64,000 nucleotides of DNA from Octopus vulgaris (GCA_951406725.2 OX597822.1:90830001-90894000), one strand, 5' to 3'; numbered from the stretch's first letter, positions 39,431-52,016 are shown. Translations and numbers: made by a program. Notes: a model not told the origin generated them from the sequence alone.

Positions 39431-39504
39431 TAAAGCATGATTTTTTTCATGATCAGAGTTGTTTGAAAACGAGGGATTACTGTATATTCTTTTTCAGTCG
39501 TATT

Positions 39505-39867
39505 TTTTTTATTTGTTTCAGTTGTTTGACTGTGGCCATGCTGGACCATTGCCTTTAGTTGAACAAATCGACCCCAGGACTTACTCTTTGTAAGCCTAAT
39601 ACTTATTCAATTGGTCTATTTTGCCGAACCACTAAGTTGCTGGAATGTAAACACACCAACCTCGGTTATCAAGCAATAGTGGGGGGATACAGACACACAC
39701 ACATATGCGACAGGCTTCTTTCAGTTTCCATCTACCAAATCTATTCTCAAGGCTTTGGTCAGCCCAAGGGTACAGTAGAAAACATTTGCCCAAGGTGGTA
39801 TGCAGTGGAACTGAACCCGGAACCATGTAGTTGGGAAGCAAGCTTCTTACCACACAGCCACTCCTGC
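39505..39867 (-). mobile_element. SINE family A, near full length
   Basis: Reverse of 52017-52451. Confidence 0.8.
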
Positions 39868-39909
39868 ACGCTGATGTATATCTATATGTATGTATGTATG
39901 TGTGTGTGC

Positions 39910-39947
<38 letters not shown>

Positions 39948-39956
39948 CATGTATAT

Positions 39957-41927
39957 ATGACTGCCAAAAGAGAAGCTAGGAGACAGGTTTATTTAGCCAG
40001 AGGGGAAGCGGATAAGAAAAAATTTGCCAATGTTCTGCGCCGTGAGGACCAAAGACTGGAGGTGTTTCGTGTTGCAAGACAGTGTGTGAGAGAGAATCGT
40101 GATGTGGTAGGAGAGAAGTGTGTTCGCATGGAAGATGGTTCACTTGCGCTAAATGAGGATGCAAAGAGAGAGGTTTGGAGATGCCACTATGAAAGATTGC
40201 TGAATGAAGAATATGAATGGGATAAAGAGAGTCTGCCGAATGTTGACCCAACAGAGGGACCAGCTATCCGAGTTGATAGTTCCGTGGTAGCTAAGGCAAT
40301 TAGAAGCATGAAGACAGGGAAAGCCCCAGGCCCATCAGGAATCACTGCAGAGATGCTCAAAATGTCTGGTAGTGTCGGCTATAGCCTAGTCACCCGTATA
40401 GTTAATCAGGTGATACACAAAGGGGTCATACCCAATGACTGGTGTAGCAGTATAATAGTCAACTGCTACAAAGGTAAAGGTGATGCCCTAGATACAAATA
40501 ACTACAGAGGTATCAAGCTGTTGGACCAGGTGATGAAGGTTACGGAGAGGGTCATAGCCCAACTAATTAGAGAGAGAGTTAGTTTAGATGAGATGCAGTT
40601 TGGGTTTGTGTCAGGGAAAAGTACTACTGATGCTATATTCCTGGTAAGGCAGCTGCAGGAGAAATACCTAGCCAAAGATAAGCCCCTGTACCTGGCTTTT
40701 GTTGACATGGAGAAAGCCTTCGACAGGGTCCCCCGATCCCTTATCTGGTGGGCAATGAGGAAACTAGGGATAGATGAATGGTTAGTGAGAGCTGTGCGGG
40801 CCATGTATAGGGACGCCGCTAGTAGGGTGAGGGTTGGAAATGTGTACAGTGAAGAATTCCGGGTAGAGGTAGGAGTCCACCAAGGCTCAGTACTCAGCCC
40901 CCTCCTATTTATCATAGTCCTCCAGGCAATAACGGAGGAATTCAAGACAGGATGCCCTTGGGAGCTCCTCTATGCTGATGACCTTGCTCTAATTGCTGAG
41001 TTGCTATCAGAACTGGAGGAGAAGTTTCAGGTGTGGAAACAAGGATTAGAATCGAAGGGCCTCAGAGTCAATCTAGCTAAAACCAAAGTCGTAATCAGTA
41101 GGAAGGTAGACAAATCACAAACACCTTCAGGTAGATGGCCCTGCTCGATCTGTAGAAAAGGTGTAGGTAGAAACTCTATAAGATGCACCAAGTGTAAGCT
41201 ATGGACACATAAGAGATGCAGCAATGTCAAAGGAAGGCTAACTAGGAAGATGGTTTTTGTATGTGGCAGATGCTCAGGAACAATAAACACTGAAAATGCT
41301 CTGAGACCAACTTCCGTCACTTTCCAGGGAGAAAAACTAGAAATAGTTGATAGTTTCCGTTACCTAGGTGACCAAGTCAGCAGCGGGGGCGGGTGTGCTG
41401 AAAGTGTAACTGCTAGAGTAAGAATAGCTTGGGCAAAGTTCAGAGAGCTCTTACCTCTGCTGGTGACAAAAGGCCTCTCGCACAGAGTGAAAGGCAGACT
41501 GTATGATGCGTGTGTACAAACAGCCATGCTACATGGCAGTGAAACATGGGCCGTGACTGCTGAGGATATGCGTAAGCTCGCTAGAAATGAAGCCAGTATG
41601 CTCCGATGGATGTGTAATGCCGGTACTCACACTCGGCAGAGTGTAAGTACCTTGAGAGAAAAGCTGGACCTAAGAAGCATCAGTTGTGGTGTGCAAGAGA
41701 GACGTTTGCGCTGGTATGGTCATGTGGCGAGAATGGATGAAGATAGTTGTGTGAAAAAGTGCCACACCCTAGCGGTTGAGGGAACCTGTGGAAGAGGCAG
41801 ACCCAGGAAAACCTGGGACGAGGTGGTGAAGCACGACCTTCGAACTTTAGGTCTCACTGAGGAAATGACTAGAGACCAAGACCTCTGGAAGTGTGCTGTG
41901 CGCGAGAAGACCCGGCAGGACAAGTGA
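39957..41927 (+). CDS. RTE reverse transcriptase (endonuclease truncated away) with inserted PHD-type zinc finger
   Basis: NYRGIKLL, QFGF, DMEKAFD, GVHQGSVLSP, YADD, RYLG motifs; CSIC..CTKC..H..C..CGRC; the listed ATG sits at the truncation junction. Confidence 0.85.
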   Translation: MTAKREARRQVYLARGEADKKKFANVLRREDQRLEVFRVARQCVRENRDVVGEKCVRMEDGSLALNEDAKREVWRCHYERLLNEEYEWDKESLPNVDPTEGPAIRVDSSVVAKAIRSMKTGKAPGPSGITAEMLKMSGSVGYSLVTRIVNQVIHKGVIPNDWCSSIIVNCYKGKGDALDTNNYRGIKLLDQVMKVTERVIAQLIRERVSLDEMQFGFVSGKSTTDAIFLVRQLQEKYLAKDKPLYLAFVDMEKAFDRVPRSLIWWAMRKLGIDEWLVRAVRAMYRDAASRVRVGNVYSEEFRVEVGVHQGSVLSPLLFIIVLQAITEEFKTGCPWELLYADDLALIAELLSELEEKFQVWKQGLESKGLRVNLAKTKVVISRKVDKSQTPSGRWPCSICRKGVGRNSIRCTKCKLWTHKRCSNVKGRLTRKMVFVCGRCSGTINTENALRPTSVTFQGEKLEIVDSFRYLGDQVSSGGGCAESVTARVRIAWAKFRELLPLLVTKGLSHRVKGRLYDACVQTAMLHGSETWAVTAEDMRKLARNEASMLRWMCNAGTHTRQSVSTLREKLDLRSISCGVQERRLRWYGHVARMDEDSCVKKCHTLAVEGTCGRGRPRKTWDEVVKHDLRTLGLTEEMTRDQDLWKCAVREKTRQDK

Positions 41928-42540
41928 GTCCATAACCCATGGCCTTCTACATGGGATGGAGCCGGCCTACGTATGCATACCTTCCCTTCTTGGGACACAA
42001 AACTCTACTTGTGAAGACGTGTTGAGGCAAGTGAGGATCAGAATCGAAATCGATCAATGGAAATTGCGGATGTGCTACCAGTGCCGGTGGCATGTCAAAA
42101 CTCTGCTTGTGAAGACCCGTTGAGGCAAGTGAGAATCAGAATCGAAATCGATCAATGGAAATCCATCAATGGAAATTGCAGATGTGTTACCAGTGCCGGT
42201 GGCATGTAAGAGAACTTTCCGTTTCGCGACCGTTGCCAGCACCGCCCCGTTTCGTGTCCGTTGCCAGCCTCGCCTGGCCCTCGTGCCGGTGGCACATAAA
42301 AAGCACCATCCGTTCGTGGCCGTTTGCCAGCTCTGTCTGGCACCAGTGCGGGTGGCACGTAAGAAGCACCCACTACACTCACGGAGTGGTTGGCGTTAGG
42401 AAGGGCATCCAGCCGTAGAAACACTGCCAGATTTGACTGGGCCTGATGAAACCTTCTGGCTTCACAGACCCCAGTAGAACCGTCCAACCCATGCTACCAT
42501 GGAAAACGGACGCTAAACGATGATGATGATGATGATGATA
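39957..42540 (+). mobile_element. Young 5'-truncated RTE-clade LINE with 3'UTR and (GAT)n tail
   Basis: Uninterrupted ORF 39957-41927; 3'UTR has a ~100-nt tandem duplication (42001-42209); tail 42519-42540. Confidence 0.95.
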
Positions 42541-42607
42541 TATATAGAAATACAAAATGGCTGACGGTTAGTAAGGAGAGACACAAATAAGTAAGAAGAA
42601 AGCAAAG

Positions 42608-42651
42608 GACCACTGATGCGGTCACAGGAGTGTGACGAAAGAACTCTGGCC
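42608..42651 (+). ncRNA. Degenerate hammerhead-like motif upstream of the Penelope ORF
   Basis: gacca-CTGATGC-G-GTCAC-AGGAGT-GTGAC-GAAA-GAAC-TC-tggcc; A9 replaced by C. Confidence 0.5.
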
Positions 42652-42748
42652 GAAATAAGATTAAGATTAATGTAAAAAAATAAATAACACTGAAGCAAAG
42701 TAACACCAAATATATAGTGCGTGTGTTTTTATTGGCTAAACTGGCAAA

Positions 42749-44107
42749 ATGACTATTCCTAAAGAACTGCTAGATAAAGCCCTAATCTTCGCTAGTGACT
42801 TCATAGAAATTAGTACCAATGATAAGGATATAATCTTCCATGCTAGAAAGACATTACTTTTCAGTGAGAATGCAAAGTGGGTAAAAAACACCGACACGGA
42901 GGGCGCTTTCGATGTGAGCATGGGTTCATATGATGGGGCAGGCATCTGTGATCTAATTGGACTCTTTCTCCTAGATACCTTCGGTAAGACATTCCCTAAC
43001 GTACATTTCGCCATCTACAAAGATGATGCCCTCGCCTTAACAGCTAATACAAATGGACCAGCACAAGATCGTTTTAGGAAGGATATTATCCAGTTAATGA
43101 AACACTTCGGACTTAGTATAACTATAGACACTAACCTGACGGTTGTCAATTTCTTAGACGTTTCCTTAGATCTTAATAATAATATTTATAAGCCTTATAG
43201 GAAGCCCAATGATAGACTAAGTTATATTAATGTAGGTTCATGCCATCCCCCTATAGTATTCAAAAATTTAGTTAAAAATATTAGTAAGAGGATTTCTAGC
43301 CTCTCATCTAATGAGGACATCTTCAATAGCGTTGCCCCAGTTTATAATAAAGCTTTAAAAGATAGTGGTTTTAGCGAAAAAATAAAATATACACCTATCA
43401 CCAGCCCAACAATAAGGAAAAGGAATAATAGAAATAGGAAGGTCATCTGGTTTACGCCCCCTTACTCACCCGAGGTGGCCTTCAATATAGGTAAATATTT
43501 CCTAGCACTGATAGATAGACATTTTCCAGTTAACCATGCTTATAGGAAACTCTTCAATAGACACAATTTAAAAATTAGTTTTAGTTCAACTACCAATTTT
43601 AAAAACATAATCAATCATAACATACAAAAAACACAAGAAGAAAACAGCTGTTCATGCAGGAATAAAGAATTGTGCCCGCTAAATGGAGCTTGCATGTCCA
43701 AGACCATCATATATGAAGCTACCGTAAACTCTATAACCACTAAAGACACCGTTTCGACGAAGAAATACGTGGGCCTGACAGAGGGTAATTTCAAGGCCAG
43801 GTTCAATAACCACACTTTGAGCTTTAGGCACTGGAACAAAAGAAAAGCAACACAATTATCCAATCATATTTGGTCTTTAAGAGATAAAGGTGTCGATTAT
43901 AACATACAATGGAAGATTTTGGCCAGATGTAAGCCCTATACTAACGGCAGCGGAAGGTGCGGTTTATGCGACATGGAGAGATGGCTTATCTGGAAAAGCA
44001 GCTTAGACCCTACCACATGTCTAAATACAAGGACAGAGCTTTTCGGATCATGCCCACATGTGACTAAATTTCTGTTACGTTTTTGGTCCCCTAAAGAAAA
44101 CGGATAG
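42749..44107 (+). CDS. Penelope-like element ORF (RT C-half plus GIY-YIG endonuclease), 5'-truncated
   Basis: FDVSMGSYDGA, IYKDD, NFLD, CSC..CPLNGAC, IIYEA...KYVGLTEGNFKARFNNH, CGLC..E, LNTRTE..CPH. Confidence 0.9.
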   Translation: MTIPKELLDKALIFASDFIEISTNDKDIIFHARKTLLFSENAKWVKNTDTEGAFDVSMGSYDGAGICDLIGLFLLDTFGKTFPNVHFAIYKDDALALTANTNGPAQDRFRKDIIQLMKHFGLSITIDTNLTVVNFLDVSLDLNNNIYKPYRKPNDRLSYINVGSCHPPIVFKNLVKNISKRISSLSSNEDIFNSVAPVYNKALKDSGFSEKIKYTPITSPTIRKRNNRNRKVIWFTPPYSPEVAFNIGKYFLALIDRHFPVNHAYRKLFNRHNLKISFSSTTNFKNIINHNIQKTQEENSCSCRNKELCPLNGACMSKTIIYEATVNSITTKDTVSTKKYVGLTEGNFKARFNNHTLSFRHWNKRKATQLSNHIWSLRDKGVDYNIQWKILARCKPYTNGSGRCGLCDMERWLIWKSSLDPTTCLNTRTELFGSCPHVTKFLLRFWSPKENG

Positions 44108-44303
44108 AACATGCTTTCTGTGTTATGTCCCAAGAAGATTTTATATATTTTTATATATTTTTATATATTTTTTTATGTATTTTTATATAATTTTTATGAC
44201 GAAAAATGCGAGCGATGTATAAGTACGCAGGCAAAGCAGAGTTATAACAGAGTAATTTCCCTTCATTTTTAACGGTATTTTTTCATAACGTTTTCAAATA
44301 GCC

Positions 44304-44366
44304 AGATAACCGAAGAGATGGTGTTGTGGATTTCCACTTCGGCATCTGAAACTCAGAGTTTTATCT
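44304..44366 (+). ncRNA. Hammerhead motif in the Penelope 3' pLTR, variant CCGAAGA
   Basis: agataa-CCGAAGA-GATG...CATC-T-GAAACT-CAG-AGTT-ttatct; 6-bp stem I. Confidence 0.65.
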
Positions 44367-44462
44367 TGACTACCGAGTAATGTAACATATTGTATAGATA
44401 AATTTCCTCTATTTACATAATATTGAGGTCTCTTTCTTTCTTTTGTTATCTTACCGTTTTAT

Positions 44463-44504
<42 letters not shown>

Positions 44505-44754
44505 ACATACACACACATATATATACACACATATATATGTATGTATGTGTATATATATATATGTGTGTGTATGTATATATATTTGTGTGTGTGTGTATGT
44601 GTGTGTATGTATATATATATGTGTACATATGTATATATATTTGTGTGTGTGTGTGTGTTTGTATGTGTTATATATGTGTGTTTATATAGATATGATTACC
44701 AAAAACTGATGAATTATAATTTTACACAACTTGTTTTTCTTGTATTCTTTTACT

Positions 44755-45108
44755 GGGGCCATGCTGGAGCACCATTTTTAGTGAAAGAAATCACTCCATG
44801 GACTTTGTCTTTGTAAGCTTGGTACCCATTCTACTGGGGACTTCTGCTGAATCGCTAAGTTGTGGGGACACAAATACACCGACATCAGTTGTCAAGTGAT
44901 GGAGTGGGGATAAACACAGATATGAAGACACACACATAAATATATATACATGACAGGCTTCTTTCAGTTTCCACCTACAAATTCGCTCACAAATTGGTCA
45001 GTCTGAAGCTATAGTAGACAACACTTGCCCAAGTTTCTACGCAGTGGGACTGAACCCAGAACCATATGATTGTGAATCAAGCTTCTTACCACACAGTCAC
45101 ACCTGCAC
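44755..45108 (-). mobile_element. SINE family A
   Basis: Reverse of 52017-52420. Confidence 0.8.
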
Positions 45109-45673
45109 TTATGCTTACACATTTTGCAAAAAACATTAGTAACTGTACCCACATTATACGATGGTTTGTATACAAAATTGATGAATTAATTAATCAAAGC
45201 TTGTAGCAGTCTTTGTAAAATCTAATAGAATAGTTTTAAGTGACAAGAGAAGTTACTGCATGATTACTGTTCCATTACTCGATTGATTAATTCATCTGTC
45301 AGTTATTCACAAATACATTTGTATAATGTGTATTTATACAAATGTATAATTTGTATAATTGTATACAGTTGATCAAGCTTTTTGAAACATATGTAAGTAA
45401 ATATAGTTATGTAATAATATAATTTGTTCTTTGTCCCATTGCCGTTACCTTCCTTAATTAATAAACCAACCGACCAATTGGGTGAATAACTTCAGGTTTA
45501 CAGTATATACCTATTGCAGTATGTACCCTCATTGGACTTTCATCCAGGCTTAACACATGGTGTGCTGAGGTATTTGCCTGGGTCTTTTCAATTCCTGGTT
45601 TCCTTCTTTGTATATGTGCATACATGAGCGTGTGTGTATGTGCATTTGTGTGTGTATATATATATACACATAC

Positions 45674-45718
<45 letters not shown>

Positions 45719-45722
45719 TATA

Positions 45723-47361
45723 TCATCATCATCATTTCATGTCCATTGTCCATGCTGGCATGGGCTGGGCAGTTTAACTGGGCTGGTAGGCTGCACCAGA
45801 TTCCAGTCTGATTTGGCATGGTTTTCTATGGCTGGATGCCCTTCCTAATGCCAACCACTCTAAGAGTGTAATGGATGCTTTTACATGCGATTTGTGTGAC
45901 CCTGGGTTGTGTTTACATGCCACCTGCATGGGTGCCAATTTGCGTGACACCAGTATCTGCTATGACTGCAATTTTGCTTGGCTTAATGGATCTTTTTTTC
46001 AAGTATGACATAATGCCAAAGGTCTTGGTCATTGCCTCCATGAAGCTCATCACTTGAAAGAAACTCAGCCACTTCGCCTCCGTGAGGCCCCATGCTCAAA
46101 AGGAACTCAACAACTTTGCCTCCATGAGGCCCAACATTCAAAAGATGTTCTTTATATACTACCAGCACAGCACTTCGCCAAAGGTCTCAGTCACCAGTCA
46201 TTGTTTTTGTGAGGCTCAAATTTCAAAGATTATGTTTCAGCACCTCATCCCATGTGTTCCTGGGTCTACTTCTACCACAGATTCTCTCCACAGTTAGAGA
46301 CTAGCACTTCTTTACACAGCTGCCCTTATCCATATGCATCACATGACCATACTAGCACAGTCATCTCTCTTACACACCACATCTGATGTCTTTTATGCCT
46401 AACTTTTCTCTCAATATGCTTACACTCTGTTGAACATGCACACTGACATTGCACATCCAGCGAAGCATACCGGCTTCATTTCTTTCAGCCCTACACATGT
46501 TCTCAGCTGTCATAGCCCATGTTTCACTGCCATGCAGCATATCTGTTTGTATACAGGCATCAAATAATCTGCCTTTCACTCTGAGAGAGAGACCCTTTGT
46601 TGCTAGCTGGAGTAGGAGCTCTCTGAACTTTGCCCATCCTAGTCTTATTCTCACAGCTATGCTCTCAGAGCATTCACCTCCACTACTAACTTGGAAGCTA
46701 TCTACTACCTCTAGCTTACCTCTTCCCCTGGCAGTTGATAGAGTCTATTTTCTGTACATTTTCAACGTTTATTGTATCTGTGTACCTTCTACATACAAAA
46801 GTCAATTTTCCTGTTAACCTTCCTCTGATGTTGCTGCACCTTTTATGTGTCCAAAGCTTACACTGGGTGCATCCTATCGAGTTTCTACCTACACCTTTTC
46901 TACAGATTGAGCAGAGCCATCTGCCTGAAGGGATTTGTGATTTGTCTGCCTTCCTACTTACTAAGACTTTGATTTTTGCTAGGTTAACTTTCAGGCCCTT
47001 TGATTCTAGACCTTGCTTCCATACCTGGAACTTCTCTAGTTCAGGTAGTGATTCAGCTATAAGAGCAAGGTCATCAGCATAGAGGAGCTCTCGGGAGCAG
47101 CCTGTCTTGAATTCCTCTGTTATTACTTGGAGGACTATGATGAACAAGAGAGAGCTGAACACTGATCCTTAGTGAGCCCCTACTTGTACCCTGAATTCTT
47201 CACTGTACTCATTTCCCACCCTCACCTTACTGGTAGCATCCTTATACATGGCTTGTATGGCTCTCAATAACCACTCATCTATCCCTAGTTTCCTCATTCA
47301 CCACCAGATAAGGGATCTGGGGATCCTGTCAAAAGCTTTCTCCAACTCAACAAAAGTCATA
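45723..47361 (-). mobile_element. Degenerate 5'-truncated RTE LINE
   Basis: ITEEFKTGCSRELLYADDLAL...CSICRKGVGRNS; frameshifted; (CAT)n tail. Confidence 0.9.
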
Positions 47362-47865
47362 TATATACTAGAATTGAAAAATGCACACATGCAAAAGGGT
47401 TATAGAATATCATAATAAACCTTAAAAAAGTATGGGAATAGCATTGTTGCTTAAAAATATTGGAATCACTATATGTTGTACATTCTGTGGCATCTGAAAA
47501 CGAAAATAAACCCATGTGTGAATTACGATGTCACAATAATTATTAAACTGAGTTCTTAGTATAAAAATTTGAAAATGTATAAAATATGATCTTTAACTTC
47601 AAATAAGTAAATTCATTATAATACTCTTCATACCAGAGTATATAAAAAAACGTATTTCATACTGCATGCAAATTACCATGATAATAAAAAAAATTGGATT
47701 TATGATGACGTCAAATCTATATAACAGCAAATGTACAAAACTGAAATAATTATAAGCAGAGATAATTTGCATTATGATACACATATTAATGGAATAGTTA
47801 CACAAATTAGACAGATTATTGCTAAATTATTTTTGATTGATTACTTGTAAATTTATAAAAATTTT

Positions 47866-48087
47866 CAGGAGTTTTTAAATCAAAGCTGGACCTCTTCCTG
47901 TCGAGAGTCCCAGATAAGCCTACCTCATGGCAAGAGGTGCAAATGAGGGTAGCTATATCAAACTCCATTCTTCATCAAGTGCCACATATTAGAGGAGGAT
48001 CCTAGTAATAACAGTGTAGCGCAAAACGGCGGTGCATCAGCATGGCCGCACCTCTAAGCTGAAACTTTAAAAAAAAAAAGAAAGAAA
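47866..48087 (+). mobile_element. CR1-clade LINE 3' end
   Basis: FKSKLDLFLSRVPDKP...SNS C-terminus; tail matches 49200-49415. Confidence 0.65.
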
Positions 48088-48479
48088 TTGAATTATTGCC
48101 TAAAATTGTTCTTTTTTAAAATTGAGTATACGATAATTTAACTTGATTAATTTTTAATATAACTTAATTTTGATTAACTAAACAAATTTCTTGTGATAAA
48201 AGGATGCCACTGAATGTACAACATATAGTGATTCCAGTATTTTTGAGCAACAATGCTAGCCCCATATTTTTTATATTCCGTAACCCTTTTGAGGGATTCA
48301 GAATAGATATAGTTAGTATAAGATTTAATATCTAACATTTTATGGAGTGGTCGGGTATAAAATCTTTCTGTGTTGATTGAGTTGAAGGTGGTTCCGTCTC
48401 TAAAACTACTTTTATATATACGAATTAAACATTGAGAGATGTTCATTTTAGTACATCTAATTTGAATGTCTTTTTTCTG

Positions 48480-49416
48480 TGTACTCAGATGCTAATCTTC
48501 TACAGAAAGATCTAGATGCCATATATGAATGGACTGAAGAAAACAAAGTGGAATTTAAATGCAGAAAAATTCCAAGCATCTACTCTCAGCTTATGCCAAT
48601 TCCCTGCAACCAAGAAGGAAAAAAAGCAAACCTAAAGTCAGATTCAGTGCATGACCTGGGGATTGATATGAGCAAGGATGTTTTGTTTCATGTATATATC
48701 ACCAAGATGGTGGCAATGTGCAGGCAAATGGCCAGATGGATTCTGAGAACTTTCAGAACAAGGGACCAGGAAACTACACTGGTTGTATGGAGGACATTTG
48801 CTCTCAGCTGTCAGGACTATTGCACTCACCTATGATCATCCCAATGTCAAATTAATAGCAGAGCTTGAAGTAATTCAACAGTGCTAAACCTAGAAGATTG
48901 CATCAATGAAAAAGATGAGCTACTGGAAGAGGCTGAAAAAGTTACATCTCTATTCCTTGGAGTGAACATGGTAAAAATAAGCTGTGATATGTTTATGAAA
49001 TATCCTGGAGAAGATGGCACTAAACTTTGGTATTGAAAGTCATTCCAGCCCCTAAACATGATGCCACTAAATTGTGCCAGTAGTTCCAACCATCCAATCT
49101 CGAGCAAATACCAGGTACTGCAGTAGCTTGGGATTCAAGGGTCCACAGTTGTTTAACATCTTGCAAAAAATTCTGAGAGATCCACATAATGTGAGGGTAA
49201 ATGTTTTCAAGAAACACCTTGGCCTTATGCTACCTCGATCCCAGATGAGCCTATATCAGAGCAAGAAACTCAAATGAGAGTAGCAATATTGAACTCCCTC
49301 ATTCATCAAAAGCTAATTACATGAGCTTGGCTCTCGCAAAGGTGATGATACTGACAGTGCTTCAGCATGGCCACAGCCCAAAGGCTAAAATACATAAAGA
49401 AAGAAATAAAAGAATA
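48480..49416 (+). mobile_element. CR1-clade LINE 3' part
   Basis: LLQKDLDAIYEWTEEN, DLGI, WILRTF, DYC, GPQLFNIL motifs. Confidence 0.8.
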
Positions 49417-49623
49417 TATCATATTATATAATGTTATATGTATGTACATATATGTCTGTGTATGTGTTTTATTGAACAAAAAAATTCAATAGTATTTTAA
49501 TTTGTTTCCAATAAACTAATATATGACAATAGCTGTTTTGGACTTTTGACTGTTCAAAGCCCTATTTGTTTCTCAGTGTATATTAAGTTTATTATGTATA
49601 TGGATCTTTTCCTGTTATATCAG

Positions 49624-49803
49624 CTCAAAGAACAGGAATTATGGCAGAGACAGAAGGAAGAAGATTTTTATCGGCAACTGGCTGAATATCGAGAAGAAAT
49701 GCGGTTAGCTATTGAAGAACGTGAATTGCAGAAAATGGCTGCATTATCTCAACAAGACAGTTTAAGAGATGCCCTCCAATGTGAAATTGGCGAGCTCAAG
49801 TCT
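49624..49803 (+). CDS. GOLGA4: GOLGA4-like exon 7 in window
   Basis: atatcag|CTC...TCT|gtgagt; 60 codons LKEQELWQRQKEEDFYRQLAEYREEMRLAIEERELQKMAAL. Confidence 0.8.
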
Positions 49804-52016
49804 GTGAGTGGCGCTAATTGTTGTTGTGGTGCTTAGCTGTTGTTGGCATGGATTTTTAAAAATTTATTTTGAGCAATATTATTTGGTGTTATAACTGTCC
49901 AGCTTTTTTTCCTTTCAATGTGGCTACCTCACTTAGGGAAACTATATATATATATATTCCTTGCTTAGATGATATCCTTTTATTCACATATGCTATAAGA
50001 CCTTGCTTATTATACCCGCAGACATTTCAGTTGTAACTTACTTTTGTTTTCCCTAAGGAAACAAAAAAACCACAAATGTATGAGTGGTTTTGATCTAATA
50101 CTTAAGACTGTCAAGTTTTCATTTTTTTTCCATTGTAATCCTCAAAGTTGTTTTTGCAATTAAGTACAGAAAATATGTACTGGGTTGATGCTATCAACTG
50201 AGTTAATGGTATCATCTAATTCAACAGTATTTATTCACCTATTGAACTAATGTCAAATATATTACAATGGATTATGTAAGAGATGCTGAAACAAATAATC
50301 AGGTTCTCAGTTATCCAAGACCCCTATAAATAGAAACCCAGGCTGGCACAAAACAACCTGTACAGTTTTTCACCTAGTATGATGAAAGGTTGGCCATCAG
50401 ATATAATTGCTAGGATACAGTCAATTATAGGAAATGGCAAGTAGTAACCAAGTGAAGCTGTAATTTCAAATGAATAATTTGATATACAAAACATACAAAT
50501 GGTAAACAAGAAAAAACTGTTAAACTAACTGTTTAGATAACAAAGTGAAAGGCTGTTTACAAAGATCTCATGACTTTATATGGGATTTGTAGAATTAGTT
50601 GTTACAGAGCTTATTCTGAGATGTATGATAGGATTTTTGATCTTTCGATAATGCATCCTAGATCATTATGAATTACAATTGAACATTTGAAGTGAACTAC
50701 AAAGTAACTTTTAGATAATTTAGTCCTAATTTGTTGATCTTCAGATTATGGTGTACCAAAACGATGTTCAAAGTAGTAAAATTTTAGATTTGAGTGAATG
50801 AACAATCTTTATTTTATATATTGAATACTTTCGTTTTTGTTTGTATATTTCAATGACTGAGTGCATTGACTTTTAAAATATGAAAATATTGTTATTTGAA
50901 GAAATAATAATTGTTCTGCACCTATATTATAATTAATTAAATATCATTAAATTCATTAAGACAATTGGCTCAGCTTCACCTCTACTTACTCTTCAAAGTA
51001 ATCTTATATAAACTTAGTAGTGTTAAGCCAAATGTTTTAACTGAGATGATAGATAACCATTTGGATACGGCAAGTATTAGAATTCCAATTGACATTTAGG
51101 GCGGACATTTCAATTTCATAGTTTCTGTTTCTGTATTTATTTTCTTGGAAAATGGGCATCACCTTTCTGAAAAAGTAATTTTTCCTTGCAGTATACCTCA
51201 TAATCTAATGGTTAGTGCACTTTACATTTAAAAGTTGTAAGAATACTCAAGTTGGATATTGGGTTTTCAAGAAACTTTTGGTTTGTTCACTTTACTCTCA
51301 AAGAATCTTTATGACATTGTACTCTCTCCAAATTACTCAAAGCAAAGATTTATATCTAATTGTTCTTAAATGTACTTTTGCCTGATATTTATTGCTTTCC
51401 TGCTTTAAAATGGTTCAATGCTTTGCACTGTTCTTTACTCATTAATTTTTCAGTTTACCGTAACACTATCTCTTGACTTTTTCATCTTATTCTATTTATT
51501 TACATTTGATATTTTCTCTCCATATAAAACTGCAGTAAATTTCATTGTTATTTTTAAATAACATGGCATGTTATTAACTAAAAGGTTCACTGTTTATATT
51601 TCATCAATAGGGTTGTGATAATGAATTACAGTAGCTAAAAAAAACAAATTATCTAGCATGTACGTGTGTGTATAACAGCAACAATGTTCCAGATCATAAA
51701 AACCTATTAAATTTAGTCTTGTGTTTCATTCTCAGATGATGATCAAAATAATATATGTAACCCTATTCAAGTAATGTTAGATATAGACATTTTCATTGAA
51801 AGGTTCTATGTTTGAAGATAGTAAGAGATAAATTAGCAAAAAATGCATTATATGTTTTTTTATATTTTTGTTGATGCAAATGTTCCCTAAAAACATTTTA
51901 TTATGTCTATATGTGTCATTTACTTTATCTTTCACTTGTACATGGTATGAGAATGACTACTCATTTTTAGGTGTTATGCATGTGTTATGCACAGTTCCAT
52001 CTGAGGAATAGCAGCA

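Larger units (their letters stand above)
42543..44465 (+). mobile_element. Penelope-like retroelement including 3' pLTR
   Basis: ORF plus downstream hammerhead-containing region ending in (TA)n. Confidence 0.8.
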
